From NCBI GenBank assembly GCA_965112735.1, contig OZ218954.1, forward strand, positions 2,728,001-2,792,000: a stretch of DNA of 64,000 nucleotides, written 5' to 3'. Shown in pieces: positions 1-10,908 of the stretch (position 1 is the first letter of the stretch; each line of letters begins with the position of its first letter). The notes below the pieces were generated by a model. That model saw only the letters and a program-made list of their open reading frames with translations. It ran no database searches and was not told the origin of the DNA. A program made the position numbers and the translations under genes. This DNA is from Phaeosaccion multiseriatum. Taxonomy: Eukaryota > Protista > Ochrophyta, other classes.

Positions 1-1158
1 ACGCGAACTGAGCTCCCCTCCTTCTCATAAAGCGGCGTGTGTTCAGTAGGTGCGCTCACCCCTCGAGGAGGGTTAGCCAGAGTGCTCACACTCTCTCTGG
101 ACAGAGTCATGGAGCTGTCCTTGCCCAGCATATCGGGCTTCGCCGGTCGACTCACAACGCTGGAGCTGAAGCCATCATCTCTGGGATCCCCCCCCGCCCA
201 GCGACTAATGTGGCCGCCAGGGGCTCTATTCATAATGTGGCCCGCAGTTCGATCCGTCTTACGCATGCTTAGAATCCTGAGCTGTCTCTTGCGGTCTTTC
301 CTGTAGCCCTTGACCGGGTAGCAGCTCCTCGTGCGCGATATGCGCTGCATCATAGCCTGGTTCTCGCTGTCGATGATGTATCGCTGGCGCTCTCGTGCCC
401 TTTCCCGACCTTTCCCCAACACCCCGTGTGTGCTTTTGCCAAGCCTGCTTGTTCCCGACAAGCCCCCCTCCTGCGGTTCCTGTTGCTTGACTGGCATCAG
501 CGCACCCCTCCTGGAGTGTATCATCTCCAATGCGTTCACAAGCTTGTCATTCTCGTACGCAATCTTCTCTGCACGCCGAGCATCTTGGAAAGTCTTGGAC
601 ACTCGGTCGGCCACGAAGGACGGCACCACACTGGGGGACACCTGCGGAGGCAGTGGGCAAACGGAGGAGGCCCATGATGAACAATCAAGGCCAACGTGGA
701 CTGGCTCCTCTCTTTAGCAGATGCGCAGAGCTCTTCCCAAGGACCTTGGCGCTAATGACGAAGACCCAGCAGATACGTAAGACATGTATTGGCTCCTGTC
801 TTCCTCAGATACACAGAACTCTACACCGCTCAGAACTCTGCACCGCTCACCTGGACGACTGCTTTGGTGCTAGAAAGCTGCTTGATGTGCTTTGTATACC
901 TTGAAGAAGAAACAAGCAGGCGCAGGGCGCAGGCATGCAGGCATCAGCACAGCAACTCAAACTCCTGTATAGATAACAGCAGGCGACTCACCTCTTGCTA
1001 ACGTTGTTTTTGTACACGAGCACATTGCCAGACGGAGGTTCCCTATTGTGAAACACTGGAGAGCCGCCTCCTCCTCCTGCGGACCACCCGAAGCCCACAC
1101 CTCCTTCTCCACCGGGGCTCGGGCATGGCGGACCAATGGAGCTCGCGAGCTGCGACAT
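1..1158 (-). CDS. CFAP97/KIAA1430 (hemingway)-domain ciliary protein, 3' part outside the window
   Basis: Exons ~1158-991, ~898-851 and ~642-60 join through GT-AG into ...NNVSKRYTKHIKQLSSTKAVVQ...RRAEKIAYENDKLVNALEMIHSRRG...RERQRYIIDSENQAMMQRISRTRSCY. The paired 'I-x-x-EN-x-x-L/M' helices match the CFAP97-domain pattern from memory. Confidence 0.65.
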
Positions 1159-1507
1159 GGCCGCTGCCAAGTGTCCACCCTAAGAGAGAGGGGAGATGTG
1201 GGGTGCGCAGAAAATTCTGTAACGCCGAGCCTGTGTGTGTTGGGTGTCGAGACCCAAAACCAAAAAAAAATCAAAAAAATCTGCCTTGTCTTTAGCGCAC
1301 GGTGAGCGCGGCCGTCTACCCTCTGCTACCCGACGGGGAAGGGAGTGGCGGCGCCCTCAGCTGCGCCCTTAGCTGCACCCGTAGGTGTACCCTTTTCGGG
1401 AACGGACGGGCCCAGTAGGTAACGTTGCTGCTCTTCCACTGCCTAGTCGACCCCCGCCGATGGGGTGGTCGCACCTAAGAGGAGGCGTACGTCGCACGGG
1501 GCGGCGC

Positions 1508-1600
1508 AGAAGAAGGGAGCCGTCCTGTCCTGCCCCAAAGGAGAGGAGAAGGAGCCGTCCTGCCCCGAAGGGCACAAGAAGGAGCCGTCCTGCCCAAGGA
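1508..1600 (+). repeat. Three imperfect ~30-bp direct repeats with core AGAAGG(G)AGCCGTCCTG(TCCTG)CCC
   Basis: Seen directly at ~1510, ~1546 and ~1576, in the intergenic region between the CCR4-like stop and the CFAP97-domain start. Confidence 0.8.
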
Positions 1601-1800
1601 GGAAAGAACGGCGCTTGCAAGGGGCCGACAGGCGCACAGTCGCACCCGCGCCCATGAGCAAGGTACCGACGGCGGCGAGGGGCCGTACCGTATGGGGAGA
1701 TGGGGAGAGGCCACATGACTAGTAGCCCCCCTCAAAAGGGCGCCTTTCTACCCACAATCGTCCGTCAATATACCACTCGCTATACAGCGCGCCGTGCTTC

Positions 1801-3629
1801 TCAGCCCACGTCCGTCCACTCCAGCTGGGCGGCGATCATAACGTGATCCGAGGGTTCGTCGTCGTTGGGCAGTGGCCCCTCCACGTCATCCCGATGCCGC
1901 AGCTCCTTCACCTCCTTCGCCTCCAGGCCTCCCGCGAAAAACACATAGTCCAGGCAGTCGATGAAGGGCTCCTTTTCGTCGCGCACCTGTTGTTCCCACC
2001 CATGGCCATCGGGGGAGGGAGGAAGAATCGAATCAATGAAGCGATGGGGGCAACCATTCATCCAAAGGGGTCAGGGCCAGAGACTCTTTGGCTGGGCACA
2101 CACTTGCTCCTCGCCTCGCCTGCCTCTCTCTCTCTCTCTCTCTCTCTCACCTGCGCGTAGTTAGTAAAGTCCGGCTCTCGCCCGTTCACCTCGTTGTATG
2201 CGCTCTTGAGTGGGGTCGAAATCTTGCTTTCCCACTCGGGCTCCCAAGCGACTTGCCGCGGATGCTCGGCATCCGTCTGGTCGCGTTTCAGGCGGGAAAG
2301 GGAGCAGCCGCGATGCAAAGTAAATGACAAGGATCGTACGTCCGAGGCCCACTCAGTCCATCTCTCCATCTCCCTACGGTGGGTGCTCACACGAGCCCCC
2401 CCCCAGCCCTCACCTCGTCCAGCCGCCCCTCCGTCACGAGCCTGTAACATGCGGAGCCCGGCTTGAAGTTGAAGTCCCCCGCCAACACGCAGGGCGCCCC
2501 CTTGGCCCTGTCCAGCAGATATTGCGCTGCCATGGCGGTGTGGATGACCATGACGGGGGGGCAGAAGAACATGCAGGGCATGTGGTAGTTGCCCACAAAC
2601 ATTTCCTTGTCACTCGCTATGTGCCGAAGCCGGGCGAAGGCCAGCCTGTTGAAGCGCGAGGCCGCCGCGTTCCACTCGTCTATGGGCCCCCTGTTGTCTC
2701 CCGCCCCGCGAAACAGCAGCTCCGTTGTTCTTTTGACCACGCCCGTGAGAAGCGACCAGCCGCCCTGAACAGCCTTGGACAAGACGCCCGGGGCAGGCTT
2801 CGCGCCCCACCTTCGCGTCTCCGAGATGCGAGGGATCTCAATCTCAAGGGCCTCGAACGAGGACACCGGCCACGCCAAAGCGACGCCCATGTATCCGTTG
2901 AAGGGAGAGCCGTAGCCTGCAAAGACCTGGAGTGAGGAGCGCAGAGAGGAGGACGGATGGACCCACGGGGAGAGGTGAGGGCAGGGGACACCAAGGGACG
3001 CAGAGGACCCCTCCTCCTCCTCTTTCCTCCTTGACCGCACGGAACAGCATCCACCCACTCACAAAGGTATACCCGCGCTTCAAGAAGAAGCAGTGCAGGT
3101 CCCCGGCCCACTTGGTGCTGACCTCCTGCAGGCAAATCACGCTTCCCTTGTCGCACTCGTCCCCGAGCTTGAGCAGCACCTTTTTGAGCCGGTTGCCAGA
3201 CTTGAGGTTCGCCTTGGCACACTGCGTAAAATACGAGGGACTGGAAAGGTGGCTGGAGAGCACATTGTAGCTCACCACCCGGAGCGACGAAGCGCCGAGT
3301 CCAGCAGGGGCCGCTGCCTCTGCGGTAGCCAGGCACAGCAGCACGAGCGGCAGGGGTCAGGGGGGCATACACCTGGACAGCAGCACTCTGAGCAGGGCCG
3401 TCCATCCCCTCCCCTGCCACGCACCCGCTGCTGCTGACATGCTGCTCGCCACTCGCCGGCTTTGCCTATCAATGGGGCCTCCCACTTCCCGAGTCTTCCC
3501 CAATAAGGCTACTGTTCCTCCTCGAGCTGACAGGCGCACCCCGGCGTGAAAGCAGAGCATACGCGGTGGAACACAAGCCAGCAGAAGAACCCCCACGAGA
3601 AGTTGCATACGGTTTGACAACAACAACAT
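1801..3629 (-). CDS. Endonuclease/exonuclease/phosphatase (CCR4/nocturnin/PDE12-like) family protein with a hydrophobic N-terminal presequence
   Basis: EEP motifs VVSYNVL, ICLQEV, NYHMP, LAGDFN, FTNY, CLDYVF and PSDH lie in order across 5 exons joined by GT-AG introns. Stop at 1801-1803. Confidence 0.9.
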
Positions 3630-4035
3630 CAATAATAGGGGTGTGAGTTACAGTTTGTTAGAGAAATCCGAGGGGGAGGGTTGATTATATATTACACGAG
3701 GGGGGAGGGAGTAGTAGGATGGAGAGATGCAATGCAGCCTCCACGACATGGTTGGATCTCTCAGGGGAGCCATCCTGTCTCTCCACCCTGCTGCCCCCGG
3801 CGGCAAACCCCCCTTTACCTCGGACTGGTACTGGAATATAAACTGTGTGAGCGGCGGCGGCACGAAGAGACATTGGATGTTGCGAATCCATGCTGGTCGT
3901 GTCTCCTTCTCCTCCGCCCGACCTTCACTACTAGTACCTAAATGCCCTTGCTGCTGCTGCTGTGGTGCTAGGTGCTGGTGCTGTCGACGAGGTACGCAAT
4001 GAAGCCCGGAAGGGTCGGCGCGGCCTGCTCTCCCT

Positions 4036-4106
<71 letters not shown>

Positions 4107-6148
4107 TGTGTTTGTGTGTCTGGCTGTCCCTCATGGTGCCTATGTCTGTCTGTCTGCCACGTCTCTCTGAGCACCCGCATTCCATCCCTCAACCCTTTTC
4201 TCCCATTCCCCTTGCTTCCCTCGGTCTGCCCGTCTGTGTATCACGTTAACACACACGCACACACACACACACATACACTCACGCACACACACATACACAC
4301 ATACACACACACACTCTTTCCCTCTCTCCCTCTCCCTCTCCGCTCTCTCTCCCTGTCTCAGGATGATGCTGCTGGCGCTGCTAGAGCTGGCGCTGCTGTG
4401 TGGCTTCTGCTGGTGGTGCTCCCGCTGCTGCTGCTGTTGGCAAACGCCCTTACCAACAGGTAAATCTCCGCCTCGCTCTTGCCTCCATCATCTCCCCTCT
4501 CTGCCTCTCTGTGTGGCTGGTGTTCCCACTCTATCTGCTCCCTCTTTCTCACTACCGTCTCTCAGAAGGCTGGCTGGGAGCCTTGTGTCAAAATCCCCGC
4601 CCCGTCCTCTCGAACCTGACTCTGCCCACTCTTGCTGCCCTACCTGCAGAGCCAGGGAGGTCGACCGGCATGTCACCCGAGTCAAAGAAGCCCAACACGG
4701 GCAAGAAGGGCAAGGGTAAAGCGAAAGCCAAGCCCGCTGCCAAGGTAAGTTAAGTGGGGATACATCTCGAGGTGCTTGTGGTCAGTCCCCGTCCTGTCTC
4801 TCGGCCTCCATGGCTGGGAAAGCACGGTGGTGTTTGAGAGAGCCCTTTGTGCCCCCTCCCTCTTTCTCACCTCGGTCCGTCCCTCCCCCCCCTCTCTCCC
4901 TCTCTCCCTGTCTCAGGATGATGCTGCTGGTGCTGCAGCTGCTGCTGATGCTGCTGCTGGCTCCTCTGGTGGTGGTGCTGCTGCTGCCGCTGGTGGTGGT
5001 GGTGGTGGTGGTGCGAGTGCTGCTGGTGGAGGCAAGCACGCCCTCTTAACGGTAAGGCTGTGCCTCGCTGTTGTCTCCATCATCTCCTCCGTCTGTGCCT
5101 CCTGTGTGTGTGTGTGCCTGTGTGTGTGTGTGTGCGTGTGTGTGGCTGGGCAAGAAAGCAAGAGTTATGCGATTTGCTCGAGTAGGGGAGCTTTTGTGTC
5201 CAACTCCTCCTCCTGACTTGGCCCACTCTTGCTTCTCCCTCCGCCCCTCCCTCCCAACCCAAACACCACACGCACACACACACGCACGCACACACACACA
5301 CACACACACACATCAGGGGAAAGGCAAAGGCAAAGCGAAGGCCAAGTCCAAAGCATCAGGCAGCCGGAGAGGCGAAGCGAAAGACACGCAGACTGTCACG
5401 GTAAGTGGGGATACAACCGAGATGCTTGTGGTCAGTCCCCGAGGGGGTGGGGGTGCGGGGTGGCCAAGGCGGCCCCCTCAGGAACCCTTTGTACAAGCAA
5501 GCAAAGCAACGCTGGGTGGTGTTTGGGAGAGCATTTGGAGGGGTACGGCTCCTCACTCTTTTGTCATTCGATTGTCCGGCCGTTCCACACACAGCAGAGC
5601 GGTGAAACGCCTCCTGGAGGTGGAACATCGACCGAAATAGCCCCAGCGAAGAAGGCAGCAGTGCCAAAGGTAAGGGAAGGGACGAGAGGGGGTATGATGT
5701 TGCCTCTCCCCATGAGCTAGCTACGCGCCCCCAGCAACTGACTCTGATCTCTCTCTCTCCCTCTCCCTCTCTCTCTCTCGCTCGCTCGCCCTCCCGACAG
5801 GAGTCATGGACGTGCAAAAAGTGGTGTGGTAGCACCAAAGAAAAAGGGCCCCGCAATGGTGCTCAACCGTCCTGTGATGGTGTGGAGAAGCCCAAGAACT
5901 ACACGCTGAGCAAGAAAGGAAAGGACCAGTCCAAGACAGCAAGAGCCTTCTTTTTGGGCAAAGACAACATGGACGTGAAGACGGTGCCGAACGGCCAGCG
6001 CCGTGCTCAGGAACTCATTGGGACATTACGATCTCTTCGCGAGAATGAGTATGCGACCCCCGAAGCAATGTTCCAGGCTTTGGAAGAGCTGGAGCTTGGA
6101 GAGGGGACTGGCTTCCCGTGGAAGGAGGAGTTCCTGGCAGCGATGCGA

Positions 6149-6302
6149 TTGGCCAAGAGCAACAAGAACCTGGTGGTGGTCTGGAGAGTCGGCCAATGCC
6201 CAGCTCGGAGTATCTGTCTCGGCCCTCCGAGCTGGGCATACTCCGAGCTGGACATTGGCCGACTCTCCAGACCACCACTAGAATCTTGTTGCTCTTGGCC
6301 AA
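6149..6302. repeat. Fold-back inverted repeat (65-bp arms, 24-nt loop), copy 1; possibly a MITE/introner-like insertion
   Basis: 6149-6213 is the reverse complement of 6238-6302 at 61/65 positions. Both ends carry the palindromic octamer TTGGCCAA. Confidence 0.9.
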
Positions 6303-6519
6303 GGTCCTGTTCGTGAATCTAGACAGCATCCCCGCCTGCCGGGCTGTGTTGTCCGACCCCAACGGCCAGAGCCGTACCCGGGAGCTCATTGGGACATTAC
6401 GATCTCTTCGCGAGAATGAGTATGCGACCCCCGAAGCAATGTCCCAGGCTTTGGAAGAGCTGGAGCTTGGAGAGGGGACTGGCTTCCCGTGGAAGGAGGA
6501 GTTCCTGGCAGCGATGCGA

Positions 6520-6673
6520 TTGGCCAAGAGCAACAAGAACCTGGTGGTGGTCTGGAGAGTCGGCCAATGCCCAGCTCGGAGTATCTGTCTCGGCCCTCCG
6601 AGCTGGGCATACTCCGAGCTGGACATTGGCCGACTCTCCAGACCACCACTAGAATCTTGTTGCTCTTGGCCAA
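6520..6673. repeat. Fold-back inverted repeat, copy 2
   Basis: Identical to 6149-6302, offset by 371 bp. Confidence 0.9.
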
Positions 6674-7642
6674 GGTCCTTTTCGTGAATCTAGACAGCAT
6701 CCCCGCCTGCCCGGCTGTGTTGTCCGACCCCGAGTTTAGGGGCGACTTGCGTCCCTGCAAGCAAGCTGCCGCCGAAGCCTCCCTCGGCAAGGATGAGCGG
6801 ATGGTGTGCTCTCAGTGTAGCCAATGGAAGCAGTCCTTCCCGCCAACATCTTTGAAGCAACCCCGCCGAGGGTGACGATACGGTCCGGTGCTCTGCCTGC
6901 CCCCATGTGTGCGGCCAAAGATGTTGGCGAGAAGGACTGCTGGCCAACGGTGGTGTGTTCTCAGCCTGAGGAGACTAGCTGAGGAGACTGGAAGAAGGAA
7001 TACAGCATCAACGAGCGACCCTTGTTGACCACGCTGAGAACACACCACCGTTGGCCAGCAGAGTTCTTCATCAAGAAGACCCTTGTGCTGCCTGTGGATC
7101 ATCCGTCCACTTATTTCTACGCGTGGCAGGAGGCCATTCACCCGAACCCAGAAAGGCGTGGAGCAGAGGAGGGAGGAGGAGGAGGTGGTGTGGCTCCAGC
7201 AGGGAAGGAGGAGGAGGAGGAGGAAGAGGACGAGGACGAGGAGGAGGAGGAGGAGGAGGAGGAGGAGGAGGAGATGGTGGTGGCTCCAGCAGCACGCCTC
7301 TACCCGTTAACTCGCTTTGGCAATGTTTTTTATGGCAAAAGGAAGAATACCCCCCAACGTCTCTTATAAAGTCGATATGCTCTACACCAAAAGTAGATTA
7401 CGAAACCAAAAGTAGAAAGGAGAGCACGCTCTCGCGACTGTTGTACCAAATTATCAAAATAACTGCTCTTCGATCCCCCTCTTGTAAAAAAGCCTAGACC
7501 TCTTTATCCAGAGACTGCCTAAAGACGAAAGGCCACAAACGCCCGCACAGTAGCACCACACAAGGGGCAAGGTTGACGGTATCCAAGACGAGCGCTTGCA
7601 ACGCGGCGTTAACTCCTATAGAATTTTGCGCCTGAGAGTGAT

Positions 7643-9242
7643 ATGGTGCGACCCGGGACCAGCGGTGGGAAGCCACGGGCCGGCACCAGCGGCGGCGGGA
7701 GAAGTAGTAGGAGCGGTGGAATGAGTGGCAACTTTAGGTCCCCCGCCGCACGGGACCAGCAGCAAAGGGTTTGTGGATTTCTGATCTCGCTTCACAAAAT
7801 TCTCTGTGATGAAGAGAACCATAGTATCATCGAGTGGTCTCAAGGTGAGCTGAGAAGGGAGAAGGGGATAGCAAACAGGATCCTTTTATTGGGATCACGG
7901 GGGTGGAGATGGGGATGCCGAGTCTGATTGTATTTTTTTCCTGGCCTTCCCTTTCCCGTTCCTTCCTGCTGTTGATGTCGTAACCCTCCGCAGGCCTGGT
8001 GGTAGTCAAGAGCCCCACACGGCTGGCTGCGGAGGTGCTCGCAAAGTATTTTAAGCACCAGCAGTACGCATCGTTTCACCGGCAGCTCAACTACTTCAAC
8101 TTTAAGAAAGTGTCGAGCAAAGGCGGCAGGTACGTGAAGGAGGGAGTATCCTAACCGCCCGAGCTCGTGTCTTGTCCTTGGCCACGTGTCACGTATGTAT
8201 CATGTGCCCAGGGCTTGACGCACTGCACGCGCCCTCTCCGCCCTCTTGTGACTGCAGGATGGGGGCATGCACCTACGCGCACGAGGAGTTGGCGGGGCGG
8301 ACCAGCCCAGGGGCGCTGTTTTCGCTCCAACGGAGGAGAAAGATTGTGAAGGGAGGGGATGGGGAGGGAAAACAGTCTAAGCAGCAGCAGCAGGCTCCAG
8401 GGGGCGAGAAGCCACCGCGAAGGCAACAGCGCCAGCTAAAGCAACAACAACAAAAGCTGTTGGCCAGCAGCTTGTCCGCTGCCGCCGCCGTGGCGACCCA
8501 CACGCGTGGCAAAGACCAGCGCGATCTTTCACAAGCTTCGCTGCAGGACTTGGGTGCCTACCGGCAAAGCGGCCCCAAAGCAGACACAAAGGTGCGGTCG
8601 AGCTCAAAGTACAATGACACGCATGCTGCCATGATGAGTTTAGAGACCGCGAGGGTAGTGGGGCTGCCTCCCGATGGACACCACCAGCCCAGCCCGCTTC
8701 GGAGGAACAGCACGAGCAGCAGTAGCAGCAGCAGCAGCAGCAGCGGCAGTGATAGCTTGAGCAACAGCAGCCACAGCAGCAGCAGCGGGGACAGCGGGGA
8801 CAGCAGTGACGGCGATGCTTGGGACGACTACTTGAGCGTGCCCAACAGTCTGGACCCGGCGGACGCATCGGAGGCGGACTATGTGCACATGCTCGGAGGC
8901 TTTCTCACGGGCGACCCCCTGGAAGAGAGTGACTCCCTGCAGCAGTTTTCATCGTGCTCCTCCTCCTCCTCCTCCTCCTCCTCCTCCTCCTCCTCGTCGT
9001 CGTCGTCTTCGTCGTCGTCGTCATCCACGTGTTCGGGAGAGGACGCCTCGGACCCAGCAGCACTAGGTGACATGGCCTTGGATCCGACCCTGTCCGTCCG
9101 AGCCACGGGCAGCATCAGCAGCAGCCGCAGTATAAGTACTAGTAGTTGCGGCAGTAGCGTGTTCAAGCCCTCTTTTACAGAGATGCCCATCTGCACACCT
9201 GTGACTGTGGACTCTCTAGGCCTCGATCTCGAGTTCATGTGA
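7643..9242 (+). CDS. Heat-shock-factor (HSF)-type DNA-binding transcription factor
   Basis: Three exons give FLISLHKIL...IIEWSQG-LVVVKSPTRLAAEVLAKYFKHQQYASFHRQLNYFNFKKV...YAHEE, the HSF DNA-binding-domain signature. The C-terminus is Ser/Gln-rich. Confidence 0.92.
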
Positions 9243-10217
9243 GGAGGGGAATGAAGCAAGAGGCGGGAGAGGGACGAGGAGGGAGGAGGGAATTGGAATT
9301 TATATTGGTGCGGGTTTTTTTTTGGGGGCGGGGGGGGGGGGCGTCTGGAAAGGGGGCAGACGTGAAACACAAGACAGACCACCGAGGGAGAGCCTCTGTG
9401 GGGTTGGAGGGCGAGATGACCTTCGGGCGGTCAAGAGGATGTTCGGGCCCGACCCGAGGCCTTCCGACCTGAGCTGTCGTGGAGTTTCTCTATCGTGGCA
9501 CAAGCTGTGCAGAGAGAGAGAGAGAAGGTTTGGGGGCGATAGAATTCGCCTCCATGTCTTTCTTTCCGCTCTCGCATTCGCAGCAGGAGGAGGTGAGCAT
9601 TGCAAGCACATTTTTTTTATCACAGCATTTTTACTTTTGTATACTTTGCATTTTCTGGTGAGGGAGCAGCCGCATTACCCATGACTGCACTGCTGCCAGA
9701 GAGAGGCGGCCGCGCGAAGGCACGGGCTCCATGAGGGGCGCGTGAGGATGCGGAGTGAGCGTAGGGGAGGAGGAGAGGGGAAGGAGGGCACCTGCCCCCA
9801 TGTGCTACCAACTGCATCCGCACATCAAAAACTTAAAAAAAAACTTAATATATATGCGCGTATATCAAACTTCCTTTTGTCAATGTGGGGAGGGGAGCTC
9901 ATACCAAGGGAAGCGTTCGGGCCAGGGCCGCCAGAGAGAGTGAGTGAGTGTGGTGAGTGCGTGAGTTGGTGAGTTGAGTGAGCGTGTGAGTACGAGTGAG
10001 TGTGGTGACTGATTGAGTGAGTGAGTGAGTGAGTGAGTGAGTGAGTGAGTGAGTGAATGATATACGTGAGCGAGTGACCGAATCGGCGGGTGGGATCGTG
10101 GGTGGGTGAGTGAGCAAGTATGTCTATGTCAATGGCCCAGGCGTAGGCATTTTTGAGGAAGGAGGTTGGCTTCTTCACAAAAAACACCAGCAGGGGCGCT
10201 TCCCTGCGCAACGCACT

Positions 10218-10908
10218 ATGTGCACCATCCCATGCTGCTCACAATGCTGCGCACTGCTCTCGGCAGCTGGTGTAGTGTTCCTTGTAATCCTGGGGGCCCT
10301 CTTCGACGGTCAACCGTTCTATGTGGCCCCCGAAGTCGACCAGCACAATGAAGGTTGGTTAAAAACGTAGTCCTACCATGAGGCCACGGCTGTTGGAGCT
10401 GAAGGTGCTCGCTGGATACACGGCCGCATCTGCGCTGGAATCGCTGCGGCTGCTTCTGGCAGTGGTTGGAGTGGAGGCGAGAGGAGGAAAATTTCCTCGC
10501 CTCCTCCGCCGCCACTGTTTTTGTCTTGCATGGCATTCTCGCCCCGAAAAGCTGCCCCCCCCCATTGACCCATCGCTGTTGAGTCTTTGAATGGCATAAC
10601 GCTTGCTTAACTTCTCCCTACTCTTTTGCGCTCTTTGCGCCCTCACTCGGCCTGCACCCTCCCAATGTTGCGTCCTCCGTCTCATTCGACCCTCACTCGC
10701 AGGTGATAAAGCATCAAAAAATTGCTACACGGCAGCAGGGATCTACGTGTTATTTCTGCTGCTCTCTCTTTGCGGTATTTGTTACAGCAGACGGAGAAAA
10801 CCGTGGCTCGAGACCCAGCACGGAACAGGAAGAGGGAATTATCTGCAAAACCCTCCGGCGCTGCCTCCACCACCACAACCACAGGCCGAGTCTTACCTTT
10901 TTGATTAG
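10218..10908 (+). CDS. RNASEK: RNase kappa / V-ATPase subunit f-like small two-TM protein
   Basis: Two exons (10218-10353, 10704-10908): CSQCCALLSAAGVVFLVILGALF...DKASKNCYTAAGIYVLFLLLS. This matches the RNASEK TM1 and 'NC-x-x-AA-x-IY' pattern. Confidence 0.7.

Larger units (their letters stand above)
5988..6731 (+). repeat. 371-bp tandem duplication of coding sequence
   Basis: CTCATTGGGACATTAC occurs at 6014 and 6385. The copies differ at only about 3 positions over ~345 bp. Confidence 0.95.
4670..7369 (+). pseudogene. Unknown Lys/Gly/Ala-rich gene with an internal 75-aa duplication, a Cys-rich (PHD/zinc-finger-like) segment and an acidic tail. The frame is interrupted by inverted insertions, so it is either a pseudogene or a gene with unusual introns
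   Basis: Phase-0 GT-AG exons ~4670-4744, 4917-5051, 5316-5400, 5598-5669 and 5801 onward join in frame. Later frame breaks occur at ~6149-6303, 6520-6674, ~6833-6857 and ~6950-6985. Motifs CSQC...CSAC-PHV-C-GQR-C and a poly-Glu tail are present. Confidence 0.5.

Noticed and set aside
1508-1600. Repeat-spacer-like pattern resembling CRISPR
   Set aside because: Only three imperfect repeats, spacers of ~10 nt, eukaryotic context and no cas genes.
3357-3359. In-frame TGA in the CCR4-like frame (possible selenocysteine or readthrough)
   Set aside because: It lies within a plausible phase-1 intron (G|GTGCGT ~3424 ... CTGAC ... CCGCAG| ~3322), where it forms part of the branch-like CTGAC.
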